A DNA stretch of 64,000 nt, from NCBI GenBank assembly GCA_964016885.1, contig OZ024743.1, positions 67,270,001 through 67,334,000 on the forward strand. The letters run 5' to 3'. The translations under genes and the position numbers were made by a program. Below, one piece after another: positions 14,101 through 25,935 of the stretch. The first letter of the stretch is position 1, and every line of letters begins with the position of its first letter. This DNA comes from Eledone cirrhosa. Its lineage: Eukaryota. The notes below the pieces were generated by a model that was not told the DNA's origin, did not search any database, and saw nothing but the letters and a program-made list of their open reading frames with translations.

Positions 14101-14546
14101 CCGGGTAGGGACCCCTCGAAAAAGATCTGTCCCAGATGCGTGCGCGACGAGGAAACCGTCACGCACGCATTAGTGCACTGCCCGGGCGTTGCCGATCTGT
14201 GGGGCTATGTCGAACAACTGCTGTCACGGGTGGGACCAATTACGTTGACCACCGAGTCCATTGTAACGATCAAGCCGCCTCCCCCCTTCAAAAATGAAGG
14301 AGAGGCGGTCTTCCTCTGTGTAATAGCCATGGTAAAAGAGGCTATATGGTGGACGCGTCTGAAAGGGCTGAGGTCGGACACCTTTCTCTCCGGCCAACAA
14401 CTGGTCCTTTTCTTCCGATACCATTTCGGAAGAAGGATCAGGATGGAGAGTGAGAGGTGCTCCACTCCAGCCAGTTTTATGAAAGGTGGGTGAAAGTTGC
14501 GAGAATGGCCCGTGTGAATGGGCCTTCTTTCTACCTCAGCCTGTAG
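11110..14546 (+). CDS. LINE ORF2: APE endonuclease, reverse transcriptase and C-terminal zinc finger
   Basis: APE motifs NARG, E, GDWN, YLDRF and SDH. RT motifs FRPITLL, DQSKAFD, QGCPLS and YADD (13162). CPRC..H..C finger. Open from 11110 to 14493. The ancestral C-terminus EREVL..FYERW..SLYLSL* ends at TAG 14544-14546 after a 2-nt slip near 14448. Confidence 0.95.
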
Positions 14547-14799
14547 GTGGAACAGAAAGAAGGGAGCACCCTCTCTTTGTGCTCCCGTGGAGAAGGGTCG
14601 CACACTTTTTTTCGGGGGTGTGTGTGACCCCAAAACGATCCCTCCCTATTGAGGACCTTCTTGTTATTATTTTGTTTGTTATATTTTTCTTACTCGATTT
14701 TTATGTAAACTCCCCCCACCCATGTACATGTCCCTTTCTTTTGTGCCCTAGTGGCAAATAAACAGAAATTTGTCTGAATAGGTAGAAAAAGACGATATA

Positions 14800-15875
14800 T
14801 ATGTAGATAGAGAGAAAAATAATTTTTTTTATTTCCTTTATTTTCTGGGTTGGAAAATGTTTAAAACAAAATATTTTATTTTGTATTAAGTGATAAGGTA
14901 TTAATTAACACTGGCATTTATTTATTTATTAATATATTTAATACTTGTCTATTACCGGTTTCAGCATTTTATGCATTATCGAAGGGGGGGGGGGGGGGAG
15001 GAGCGTTGTATCGGTATAAAATGTTGGAGAGAAAATAATGTGATGTTGAACATAAGGTAATGGGAAAGAAAGAATAATACTATTTACAGGCATTATTCTT
15101 GAGGATAAGCAGTTCAAAACATGTTATTATGGCAAGAGCGCTTGGTTGGTCCATAATGGAGGCAAATGGTAGTCGGGGTTTGATATGTTTTCTCTTTTTA
15201 GAGAGTTAATATGCAGAGGGAGGTAATTCAGGGCGGTCGGGTAGGGGAGAGAGAGATGGATGAGAAGGGTTATTTCATTTATATAAGGAAAAGGGATTAG
15301 GTAGGGTGTACGGGAGGTAACTCTTTAGAGAACATAGGAATTGGGATTTGGTTCATTGTTCGTTCCAGTTTTAGTTTAGTCCATTAAGTAGAGGTTGGTT
15401 AATGGAGTACGTTTACTTGTTGGTACGATGGATGAAAGAAGCGTTGTCTATGAATTTGTAAATGGGAAAAATTTAAAAGTTTGGATGTTGGTTAGGTGCA
15501 CAATTTGCGATATGTTCACTAAAAGCAATCTTTCTATATTCCTGTATTTTGATTTGTGATCTATGGACGTTCATACGTTATCGGAGGCTGTTTTTTGTCT
15601 GTCCTATGTAGTGCTCTAGACAACCTGAGCAGGTCAAAACATAGATTAGGTTTTTAGATGCACATGTACAGTTGTATTTAACTGTGAAATGTCCTTGTTT
15701 AAAATGGAATGCTGAACCTTCTATTAGGTTTATGCATATACCACAGTTGGGCCTTCCGTATTTTTTTACTGTAGGGTTCACTGTGAGGTTTGGTTGGATT
15801 TTGGCTTGTGTGAGGATGTTTTTTTATGGATTTAGGTTGTCTTTTGCTCTTTATGATGTTGTGTGTTTTGAATAA
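14800..15875 (-). mobile_element. Penelope-like element (Neptune-type) 3' remnant: GIY-YIG endonuclease and 3' region
   Basis: GRPNCGIC...CTCASKNLIYVLTCSGCLEHYIGQT..LR.RMNVHR..FSEHI gives a Cys linker plus GIY-YIG domain. A degenerate hammerhead 3' half (GAAACCGGTA) lies on the minus strand at ~14950-14965. Confidence 0.8.
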
Positions 15876-15915
<40 letters not shown>

Positions 15916-16696
15916 AATAGGTTTGTACAGGACAATGACATGGAATAAAACATATATATATATGTATATTTATGTATATATACATATATTTACAAAATAC
16001 ACCATTTAGTCATGAATGAGCATAGGATTTGCACCTAAAAATCTCCCCTCTGAAGCACATGTCTGGGAAAGGTCGCTTAGACATACAAGTTTTCCGTTTC
16101 CACGCCACCGATATTATCCAAGGGAAAGGCAATGACCAATACAGCTCGACACCAGTGACGTCGTAAATTTATACAGCTGAGTGACACAGCACATAATCGG
16201 TCCACTATCGAACTCACCAACTTACGATGTAAGCCCAACGCTCTAATCACTAAGTCATTCTCCTAAGGCGCTATAACAATTTCCTATTACCCACTGTGAG
16301 TACTCTGGTGCGTTATGGTCCACCTGGTTTCTTACCACACTTCCTTCGTTATATATATATATATAAATTCGTTTTTGAATTTGTTTAGCGACATTTCTTA
16401 TCTGAAAACGTTCGTTGAAACATTTGTGTGTTGTGAACACAAAGTATAACAATATCTAAGATGGTGTAGGACAGAACAAAGGAGAGACACACAAAATAAA
16501 AACCTAGTCACTGAGGAGGTCACATAATGTTTGTCGAAAGACCTTTGACAACATATAAACAACCTTCCGGTTATCGAACTAACCAATCAACCCAAACCGG
16601 AAACATAATAAATTGAAGTGAAAAAAACCAACAGGTGCGTGTGTTTTTATTGGCAGCATGACCCTTCCAAAGTATAACAATATATATATATATATA

Positions 16697-17969
16697 TTGA
16701 GTTGGCAAGAAATTAATTTCGGTTTTATAGTGTAAAATAGAAGTCATTTTATTCATACAATGAATGAACTTCAATCAATTATATATTTTCCCTTTTGTTC
16801 GATGACCATTTGCCATCTTTCTGGCAACTTCATGATTCCATGCTCATAGAACTTCTGGTCCTTATCAGTCAAAAACGTAAGCAAGTGCGATTTCAGGTCA
16901 TCATCATTATTGAAAGTTCTACCATTCAAAAATTGTGCAAACTTCTAAATAAATGGTAACCTGATGATGCAAGGTCAGGGCTATATGGTGGACGTGACAT
17001 CACTGCCCAACCAAGCTCCAATAATTTTTCACGAGTTAGCAAAGATGTGTGTGGTCTAGAATTGTCATCGTAGAACACGATTCCTTTACGATTTGCCAAT
17101 TCTGACCGTTTTTCTTTGATTGCTTCCTCCATTTTCCATAGTTGTTGAGAGTAAACATCTGAATTGATCGTTTGTTTCCTTGGAAGCAGCTCAAAATACA
17201 CAACACCTTTGTAATCCCACCAAATTTACAGCATAACCTTTTTTAATGCAATTCAGCTTTTGATGTGGTTTGTGCTGGTTAATTACGCTTGGACCATGAT
17301 CGTTTTCGATTGATGTTATTGGTGACAATCCATTTTGCATCACCAATGATGATTCTTTTCAAAAATAGGTGGATTTCATTGCGTTAGAGATGCATATCGC
17401 AAATACTGATTCGTTGTGTTAAGTGAATCTCTTTCAATTTATGTGGAACCTAAATATCGAGCTTCTTAATGTGTCCAAGACTTTCAATTGTGTATGATAC
17501 ATTTAACCAATAATTTAAAATCTCTGCAATCTCTCGCACAGTTATATAACAATCAGATTCAATTATGGCTTTGATGCGGTCATCATCAGCTTCAGTAGGT
17601 TGACTAGAATGTTAATCATCTTTGAGTGAAAAATCTCCAGAACGGAATTTTTAAAACCATTCCTGAACTGTGCATTCTGTTAAGCAATCAACACCATAAA
17701 CTTCACATATCTCTTTGAGCCTCATCATTCTTGTCTTTACGGAAATAAAAAAAGCAAAATATGGCGAAAATATTCGTTTTTGCACTCCATGTTAAAATTG
17801 ACACTGAACTAACAGCTGTAAACAAAATTACGTGCAATTTGCTTCTAAAGTAAGCTGAAAGTAACAGCTATCAAATGTCAAAAGGAAAACATCATAACAT
17901 TGATAAAAATCATAAAAAAAAATCGTAATTCTATTTGCGAAAAACGAGATTCCTTTCTTGCCAACCCAA
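16697..17969 (-). mobile_element. Full-length decayed mariner (Tc1/mariner, D34D type) DNA transposon
   Basis: Imperfect ~30-bp TIRs (TTGAGTTGGCAAGAAA / TTTCTTGCCAACCCAA) flanked by TA, spanning 1.27 kb. Transposase remnant from ATG ~17790 includes YFELLP..TINSDVY..DNSRPH..PPYSPDLA, with stops and frameshifts. Confidence 0.93.
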
Positions 17970-18252
17970 TATATAAATAATACTCGAATGTGGAAAATGA
18001 AATCAGAAATATCACCTATAATAATTGGTGCTTTGAGAATGTAAATCCTCGGATTTGGTTATGTATTTGTATGTGTTTTTTATGAAATATACACAGCATA
18101 CAAAAAAATGACACTATTAGACACTGCACACATATTACGAAAAGTACTATCAATACAATAGAAACAACATCAGCAAAAACTACACTGTCGAGCACACCTT
18201 TGTCCGCCATGGGTATGAGAAAAGCAGTAATGATGCGCAATAAAAATATATG

Positions 18253-18430
18253 CACAAGGCCAGCAATTTGGGGGAAGGTAAAAGTCGATTAAATCTCATC
18301 CTTACGGGGGTCGATAAAAATCAATCCCAGTAATGTACTGGGGTTGATTTGATCAACCCCGTAAGGATGAAAGGCCAAGTTAACCTCGGCTGGATTTGAA
18401 CTCAGAATGGCAAGGGCCGTAACTCTATGC
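18253..18430 (-). mobile_element. tRNA-derived SINE, family B
   Basis: B box GAGTTCAAATCC, body GAGGTTAACTT-GCCTTTCATCCTTACGGGGT, tail TGCTGGCCTTGTGC. Homologs at about 25810, 26600, 39900, 43825, 47565, 49370, 50190 and 61478. Confidence 0.85.
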
Positions 18431-18999
18431 GTCAAGGGTTTAGATCGATATCCATATGTAGATATAGACGAGCGCAACCACACGTAATACCACGACCGTA
18501 TTGTATGCTTTCGTATCCCCGACAACAACGATTTACTGCGTATGTCACAAAACGTCTAACCCGTAAATGGTTATACCACGTGAGAGACTCACTCAACCAA
18601 TCACATGCTTCATTGCTTGTAATCAGCTGTGAAATATAAATTTGTGTCAGTGAATGATGAATGAAGTGGAAGTGCTAAATTGATAACTTACCTCCTCCGG
18701 CACTCCCCCTGGTGGGACCAGAAAGAGGCAAACAACATAACTACAGCAATCTATGTGACTTGCAATTAATATTTGATGGATGTTGTGTCATGCGCAGTAG
18801 CGGCAACCACCACTGCCGCCAGAGTTTTCCCGCCACAACCAGACTTCATTATTTCGTGTAAGCAGTTGCTGCACGATATCGTTCAGCAGTCTCTTATTGT
18901 TTCTCCTTCCTCACCTTCTCCACCTTACCTTTCCTCCTGCTACTCCTCTTCCAATTTATACCTCTCCTACTTCAACCTCTTCACCTATTCCACTTCTTA

Positions 19000-20000
19000 C
19001 CACGTGCCTATCATCATCATCATCGATAATATTACCATCTTTACCGCCACCACCAAATATATAATCACTACCAGCACCACCACCATCATTATTGTTGCCA
19101 TATTTATCACCTCGACCATATCTACAAACACCACCACAATAACCATCATCTTTATCACCACCACCTTATCTATGTAGTGGTGGTGGTGATGTTGATAATG
19201 GTGGTTATCAAACACCTCCACCTCAACATGTCCACCATCATCAGCACTAACTCCACCCACACCTCATCATCTCCACCATCATCAGCACTTAACTCCACCC
19301 ACACCTCCACCTCATCATCTCCACCATCATCAGCACTAACTCCACCCACACCTCCACCTCATCAGCACTAACTCTACCCAAACCTCCACATCATCATCAT
19401 CATCATCTCCACCATCATCAGCACTGTAACTCTACCCACACCTTCACCTCATCATCTCCACCATCATCAGCACTGTAACTCCACCCACACCTCATCATCA
19501 TCATCATTGACATCACTACTATCATTATCTTTGTGTCGCCTGTAACAAACAATTGTAGCAAGCCGATTGGTGTTGGTGGTAGTGTTGGTGGTAGTAGTAG
19601 TGTTGCTGGTAGTGGTAGTGGTAGTGTTGGTAGTAGTAGTAGTAGTGTTGGTGGTAGTGTTGGTAGTACTAGTGGTAGTGTTGGTGGTAGTAGTGTTGGT
19701 GGTAGTAGTAGTGTTGGTGGTAGTGTTGGTGGTAGTAGTAGTGTTGGTGGTAGTGTTGGTGGTAGTGGTAGTGTTGGTAGTAGTAGTAGTAGTAGTAGTA
19801 GTGTTGGTGGTAGTGTTGGTAGTACTAGTGGTAGTGTTGGTGGTAGTAGTGTTGGTGGTAGTGGTAGTGTTGGTAGTAGTAGTGTTGGTGGTAGTGGTAG
19901 TGTTGGTAGTAGTAGTGTTGGTGGTAGTGTTGCTGGTAGTGTTGCTGGTAGTGTTGGTGGTAGTGTTGCTGGTAGTGTTGCTGGTAGTGTTGCTGGTGTT
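19000..20000. repeat. Cryptic trinucleotide repeats: (CAT/CAC)n block, ~40-bp minisatellite, then (GGT/AGT/GTT)n block
   Basis: Direct inspection. Open in several frames because of triplet periodicity. Confidence 0.9.
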
Positions 20001-20520
20001 GTTACTGGTCTTCCTGGTGTTGTCGGTGCTGGCAATGGTGGTGGGACTATAGGTGTCTGTGTTATTGTTCTCAGTATGAAGAACATTATTTACATCATGT
20101 TGATGTAGCTGTTTCCTGTTGCAGCAATCCGTGTAACTTAGTTTCATAATACTTTCTTTAAAGCAGCCAATAATATTGAAGAGGGCGAACAACGGTAGAA
20201 AAGTGTAGGTGAATGATCTAATTATCTGTTCACCGGAAAGTATCCACAAACATATCGTGTGTACAATGTCAAGTTGGGATGGTAATGTTGCAAGTTCGAT
20301 TACCGGCGACGGGTGGTATCCTTGATCAAAATGCTTTATATCATGCTGCACCAGTCTAATCAACAATAACCCATCTTCATGCTGAAATACTTGTGGAGCA
20401 CCACAAGGAGATCGAAATTATTTACAAAACATTATTCAATAATGTCATGACGTTTTTTCCTCTTAAGACTGAAAGCCGTCTAAAATATTATTTATACTGT
20501 CTGTCAGTCTGTCTGTCTGT

Positions 20521-23362
20521 CGTTGGTAGTAGACGTCTTTCACATCGGCTCTTCGATTTTGAATCATTACTTGGTTATTTGTGAGTGTATTATTTAAATT
20601 GTGTTACTACAGTTGGCTCTAACCCCTCGACTGTAGACGTAGGGTAAATATATTTTCGCCCCTTTTGGGGTGAAAATCTTTAATTTAAAATGTTTATCGA
20701 TATCGTTGAAAACGAGGAAGCCATATTGCAAGCTAACGCCACGCCCACCAAAAAAAGCGAGAAAGAGGGAACAACAAGTCAAACTGTTGAACAACACCTC
20801 CTCTCGAATGGAAAAAAAGACTTAATTCGTGGGTAAAACCCAAATTTTGAAAAGAATAACAGGGAAAAAAATACCACAAACAAAAGATGAAACCAACAAC
20901 AACATTGCAACAACAAGCAACAATGAACGAAGCGAAAGCAACAAAGACACCAAAGTTTCTTTTGCCCAAACGGTCAGGAAAGCTATCGAATAAGCCCATA
21001 GACATTACTCACGCTAAGCAGAACTTGCTAAATGCCAGAAAAGACGTATCTTTTGGGGAGGATGGTTCTTTGACGATCAACTCCCCAGAAGAAGTTCGTC
21101 AACAGGTATATAGGAATACCATAAACTTCAGGACTATAACCAACGCAACAAGAAAGCCAGCTCAATTGACAGAAAGTCAAATTCAGCTGGTTCTGAAAGA
21201 CATAAAAAAAGACATACTCTTTATTGAAAGAGGAAAGCTGTATGCCAGCATTATGGTCCGAATGAAGGACGAAATGCTGGCTCAAAAATGCTCGGTGGCA
21301 CCTATAGTGTCACCACAATACACCTTCTTCCCCGCATATAAAGGAAGAAGAACACAAAGACTAAGAATGTGGAGCTCAACGCCAGAAGTAAACATCTGGT
21401 CCGTCCTGACAGGATTCACGGACCTAGAAAAGGACATCCTAATATCAGCAGGTGAGTCCACCAGTGGACTGTTCGGGGGGAAAAGTCTGGAGGTTCTCTT
21501 ACAGATGACACCTGAGAGAATCGCCGGAATACCCGACCGAGTACTACTGGATGGTCGAACCTTTATTAATATAACGGTGGAAGGCAGGAGGCCCTCATGT
21601 TACCACTGCGCTGGCAGAGGTCACCTGAGGACTGCCTGCCATCTACTAACAACAAAAAAACCACTGCTACAAATACCACAACAACAACAAAAACAACCAG
21701 CACCACCACCACAAAAAACAAAATACATCATCACCACCACAACGATAACAAAAACCAACAACACCACCTCCAGCACCACCACCACAACAACAACATCAAC
21801 GACAACAGCTCAAGAAAACAACCCAAAACACGGTCACACCCAGCCCCTCCCCACAGAAAACAAATACAAAAACACAAGCAGTGCAAACACAACCTGGCAA
21901 TATACCCTTCCCCTCCAATACGGAAGAGGAGCTCATATCCACGGAAGACGTGGGGGCTCCCTTCCAAAAAGTCAAAAGGAAAAAACGTACACACCACACA
22001 AACAAAAATAATCCCACCTGACAACACAACACAGACAACAAAACGGAAGCTCACTCAAGAACAACAAGCAAAAACAAACACAACAACACAAACAAAAAAA
22101 AACTTAACAGAAAAAATAGACAACAACCCTTCGTTACAAACCGAAGGGCCGAATTTTGCAATAGCAACGGGACTCCCTAACCTGAACATGGTGAAAGTCC
22201 CACTTGACATTGAAAAACATTTACCCTGAGGACGTGGGGCCACCCTGCACCAGGCCACTCAACCGCGTCTTCCTGAAAGGTTTTCCCCTCCCATCCACAT
22301 AACCCCCACACTATTTCAAACACCCCAACCCCTCCACACAGTGTAGGCCCCGTTTGTGAGGCGAGCCTTCCCGAGGCTCGTCTCGCTCACCGAGCTGCAG
22401 TCCTGGGTGAAGCAAAGACCGAGAAAACTGGGCAACTGGCACACCGAGTGTGCCCAGGCGCTCACGGCTCTCTGGCAGGCGGACCCGGCTATCGACGGAG
22501 ACTCCACTTCGTCATTCTATAGAGGGCTGGTGGTTAGCGGGTGCGACGACGCCCTCGGAGAAACCCTAGGCATGGAGGAGGACGAACTGGCCAGTCTATT
22601 CGGTAGGACTTTCGGCCCGGGACCTATGGACAACTTCCAGAAGTCCTTGGCCTGGCAGTGCTACCGAGGGGCTCTGCCCGTTCGGGATAAGTTCTACAGA
22701 CACGGGCGCCCGGGTAGGGACCCCTCGAAAAAGATCTGTCCCAGATGCGTGCGCGACGAGGAAACCGTCGCGCACGCATTGGTGCACTGCCCGGGCGTTG
22801 CCGATCTGTGGGGCTATGTCGAACAACTGCTGTCACGGGTGGGACCAATTAGGTTGACCACCGAGTCCATTGTAACGATCAAGCCGCCTCCCCCCTTCAA
22901 AAATGAAGGAGAGGCGGTCTTCCTCTGTGTAATAGCCATGGTAAAAGAGGCTATATGGTGGACGCGTCTAAAAGGGCTGAGGTCGGACACCTTTCTCTCC
23001 GGTCAACAACTGGTCCTTTTCTTCCGATACCATTTCGGAAGAAGGATCAGGAATGAGAGAGAGGTGCTGCACTCCAGCCAGTTTTATGAAAGGTGAAAGT
23101 TTCGAGAATGGCCCGTGTGAATGGGCCTTCTCTCTACCTCAGCCTGTAGGTGGAACAGGAAGAAGGGAGCACCCTCTCTTTGTGCTCCCGTGGAGAAGGG
23201 TTGCACACTTTTTTTCGGGGGTGTGTGTGACGCCAAAACGATCCCTCCCTATTGAGGACCTTCTTGTTATTATTTTGTTTGTTATATTTTTCTTACTCAA
23301 TTTTTATGTAAACTCCCCCCACCCATGTACATGTCCCTTTCTTTTGTGCCCTAGTGGCAAAT
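20521..23362 (+). mobile_element. Tx1/L1-clade LINE copy 3, internally deleted or chimeric (5' UTR and ORF1 joined to the ORF2 3' end)
   Basis: Starts after (CTGT)n. ORF1 homolog at ~20690-22340 carries the CCHC knuckle. At ~22340 it jumps to sequence equivalent to 13733 of copy 2, so EN and RT are absent. Confidence 0.93.
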
Positions 23363-23394
23363 GTGCGTGCGTGCGTGCGTGCGTGTGTGTGTGT

Positions 23395-23630
23395 GTCACA
23401 GCTCACACCTATGGAGGTTTAGCTGGCCACCTCCAAGGTGTATCTCGTGTCTTGAGTAATTTAATGATAGGGACCCCAGTCCTATCATCTCATTTCTACA
23501 GCTGAGTAAACTAGAGCAACGTGAAATAAAGCGTCTTGGTCAAGGAAACAACACATTACCCGGTCCGAGAATTGAACTCACAACCTTTCGATTGCAAGCC
23601 GAATGCACTAACCACTAAGCCATGCGCCTG
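23395..23630 (-). mobile_element. tRNA-derived SINE, family A
   Basis: Homologous to 8893-9150. A box TGGCTTAGTGG, B box GAGTTCAATTC. Confidence 0.85.
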
Positions 23631-24929
23631 TATGTGCGTATATGTATGACGTCCAAAGGAATATACTCCACTTCCAAATAACATACACTCCGTCTCTATG
23701 TCCCCGGCGGCAGGATGGATAATTGCCCAAAAGACGGTGTGGTAGACTCTCTGAAACATACACTCCAACCCATGGGGCTCACACCTGAGGACGCCCAAAT
23801 ATGCCTCGAAACCACTGATTAGGGATGTGGAGCGAGAGACAAGAACGTCGGAAGTCTCTACTTATATAGGCTCTAGCACAAACCTATCAGAGAGAGGCAG
23901 ATACTTTGCTGTCTGCCAGGACAAAGATGGAAAACTGTCGGAGCTAGGGCTGATAACGTTTCAAATGTGGGAAAATGTAATAACAATGTACGTAATGAGT
24001 GTGTGTGAACCATTTTCTTTTTGTATGATACAATTAATGGGTAGATCTGGTCATTCCGATTAGCAGACTATTAGATGATTTGCATAAAGTTGAGTGGTTT
24101 TGTATATTGTATATCATAGATGTGGGATCTCGTGGTTGATTCAGAAATAGAGTTATGCACTTCAATGAATCCGGCTGTTTTTATTGAAGTATATATATAT
24201 ATAATTATATATATATATAAGAATATGCGCACGCACATACACATAAACATATAGGTATATACTGATATATATGTAGATACGTATATACATATAAACATAT
24301 ACTTATACACATATCTACATATACAAATATATATACTTATACACATATCTACATATATATATATATACTTGTATATATATATATATATATATATATCAAT
24401 AATCACCTAAATGTTGCAAATAATGTGCATTTCATTTCGAACTTATATTTTACTTTTGCAATTTCATTTGTTTTTCTGATATATATATATATATATTTTA
24501 AATTTCGTTTCTCATTTCGACATTCGCATTTAATTCTTACTCACTACTCTCCTTTCTTTCAATTCAGCCATTATTTATACGGTTGCTTATTTATATATAT
24601 ATTTATTTAATACGTTATTTAATTGTTTTCTTTCGGCAGACGAAAACAGCATTCTCTTAAATACATGTAAAATAATTAGAAGTTTTCTATATCAGGATTT
24701 TTTAGTTTTAACAAAACTCATTCCATTTATTTTGCAGGGAAGTGTCAATACATCTCAGTATCATCAGATATATCACAACACTGTTGCCGCTTAAAACGTT
24801 CAACGAATTAAATGTTTACACATACTGCAATGATTGAAGAGAGATGGGTTAGTATTCTATGTAGACTGCCAGCCATTTTGTTTTAACAGATAATGTAGTG
24901 AATATAGAGGAGGATTATATACACATAAT

Positions 24930-25063
<134 letters not shown>

Positions 25064-25802
25064 ATGTATATATATATATATAAAATGTATGTATATATAA
25101 ATGAACAATATATATATATATATAAACGAATATATATATATATACATGCTCATTTATTTACACATTTTATATATAAATATATACGGATGCAACGAAACCG
25201 CTGTTGCTATTGAATAAAATTTAATTCCAATACAACGTGACAGAAGAGAGTTAAAACTGTATGAAGATTAGTTCAGGTGATATTTATACTGTCATATATT
25301 GGTAAAGGGTAATATAATGCTTAGAGATATATTGAAAGATACATAAAGAAGTGCGCTATATATCTATCAATGTATTTATCCCTCTATCTATCCATCTATG
25401 TTCCTATTGCTGCCAAGTCTTCCTTAATCCACATATATCGCATAGGGTACAGTACGCCTACAGTTACAAATAAGCAGCGATATGATTGGACAATATTGTC
25501 GTAAATACCTGTAGATATTTCGGACATCATATACAGGGAGCTTCACCCACATGACTCTGGATAAATAGTAATAAACGTGTGTGTGTTGATGTTTAAAATG
25601 GTGCGGCGAATTGGCAAGGTCGTAAGTAATGTTTTGCGGAAGAGGTAGACTCGATCCTATTATTGGACTGGTACATTCAGAAATATAAAAGTTAACGTTG
25701 ACCTCAGTCATTTCCAACTATTAGATCCACCAATACTCACTACAATATACACTAGTAGTTAGTAACTACTATAACTTCACTTACTACAAATACCAGTACT
25801 CA

Positions 25803-25935
25803 ACGGTCCCTTATTGTCTGAGTTCAAATCCCGCCGAGGTTAACTTTATTTTATCGACTCCGTAAGGATGAAAGGCAAAGTACCAGTATTACACTGGGAT
25901 AATTGCTGGCCTTGTACCAAAAGTAGAAACAATTA
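25803..25935 (+). mobile_element. SINE family B, partial
   Basis: GAGTTCAAATCCCGCCGAGGTTAACTTT ... TTGCTGGCCTTGTACCAAAAGTAGAAAC. Confidence 0.75.

Larger units (their letters stand above)
9165..14770 (+). mobile_element. Tx1/L1-clade LINE copy 2, full length
   Basis: 5' UTR starting GATAGTAGACGT (shared with copies 3 and 5), ORF1, a short spacer, ORF2, and a 3' UTR with AATAAA at 14757. Candidate TSD TGTCTGA at 9159-9165 and 14771-14777. Confidence 0.97.

Noticed and set aside
22330-22350. Internal deletions of copies 3 and 5 as products of splicing
   Set aside because: The breakpoints lack GT-AG ends and do not coincide with the proposed donor and acceptor.
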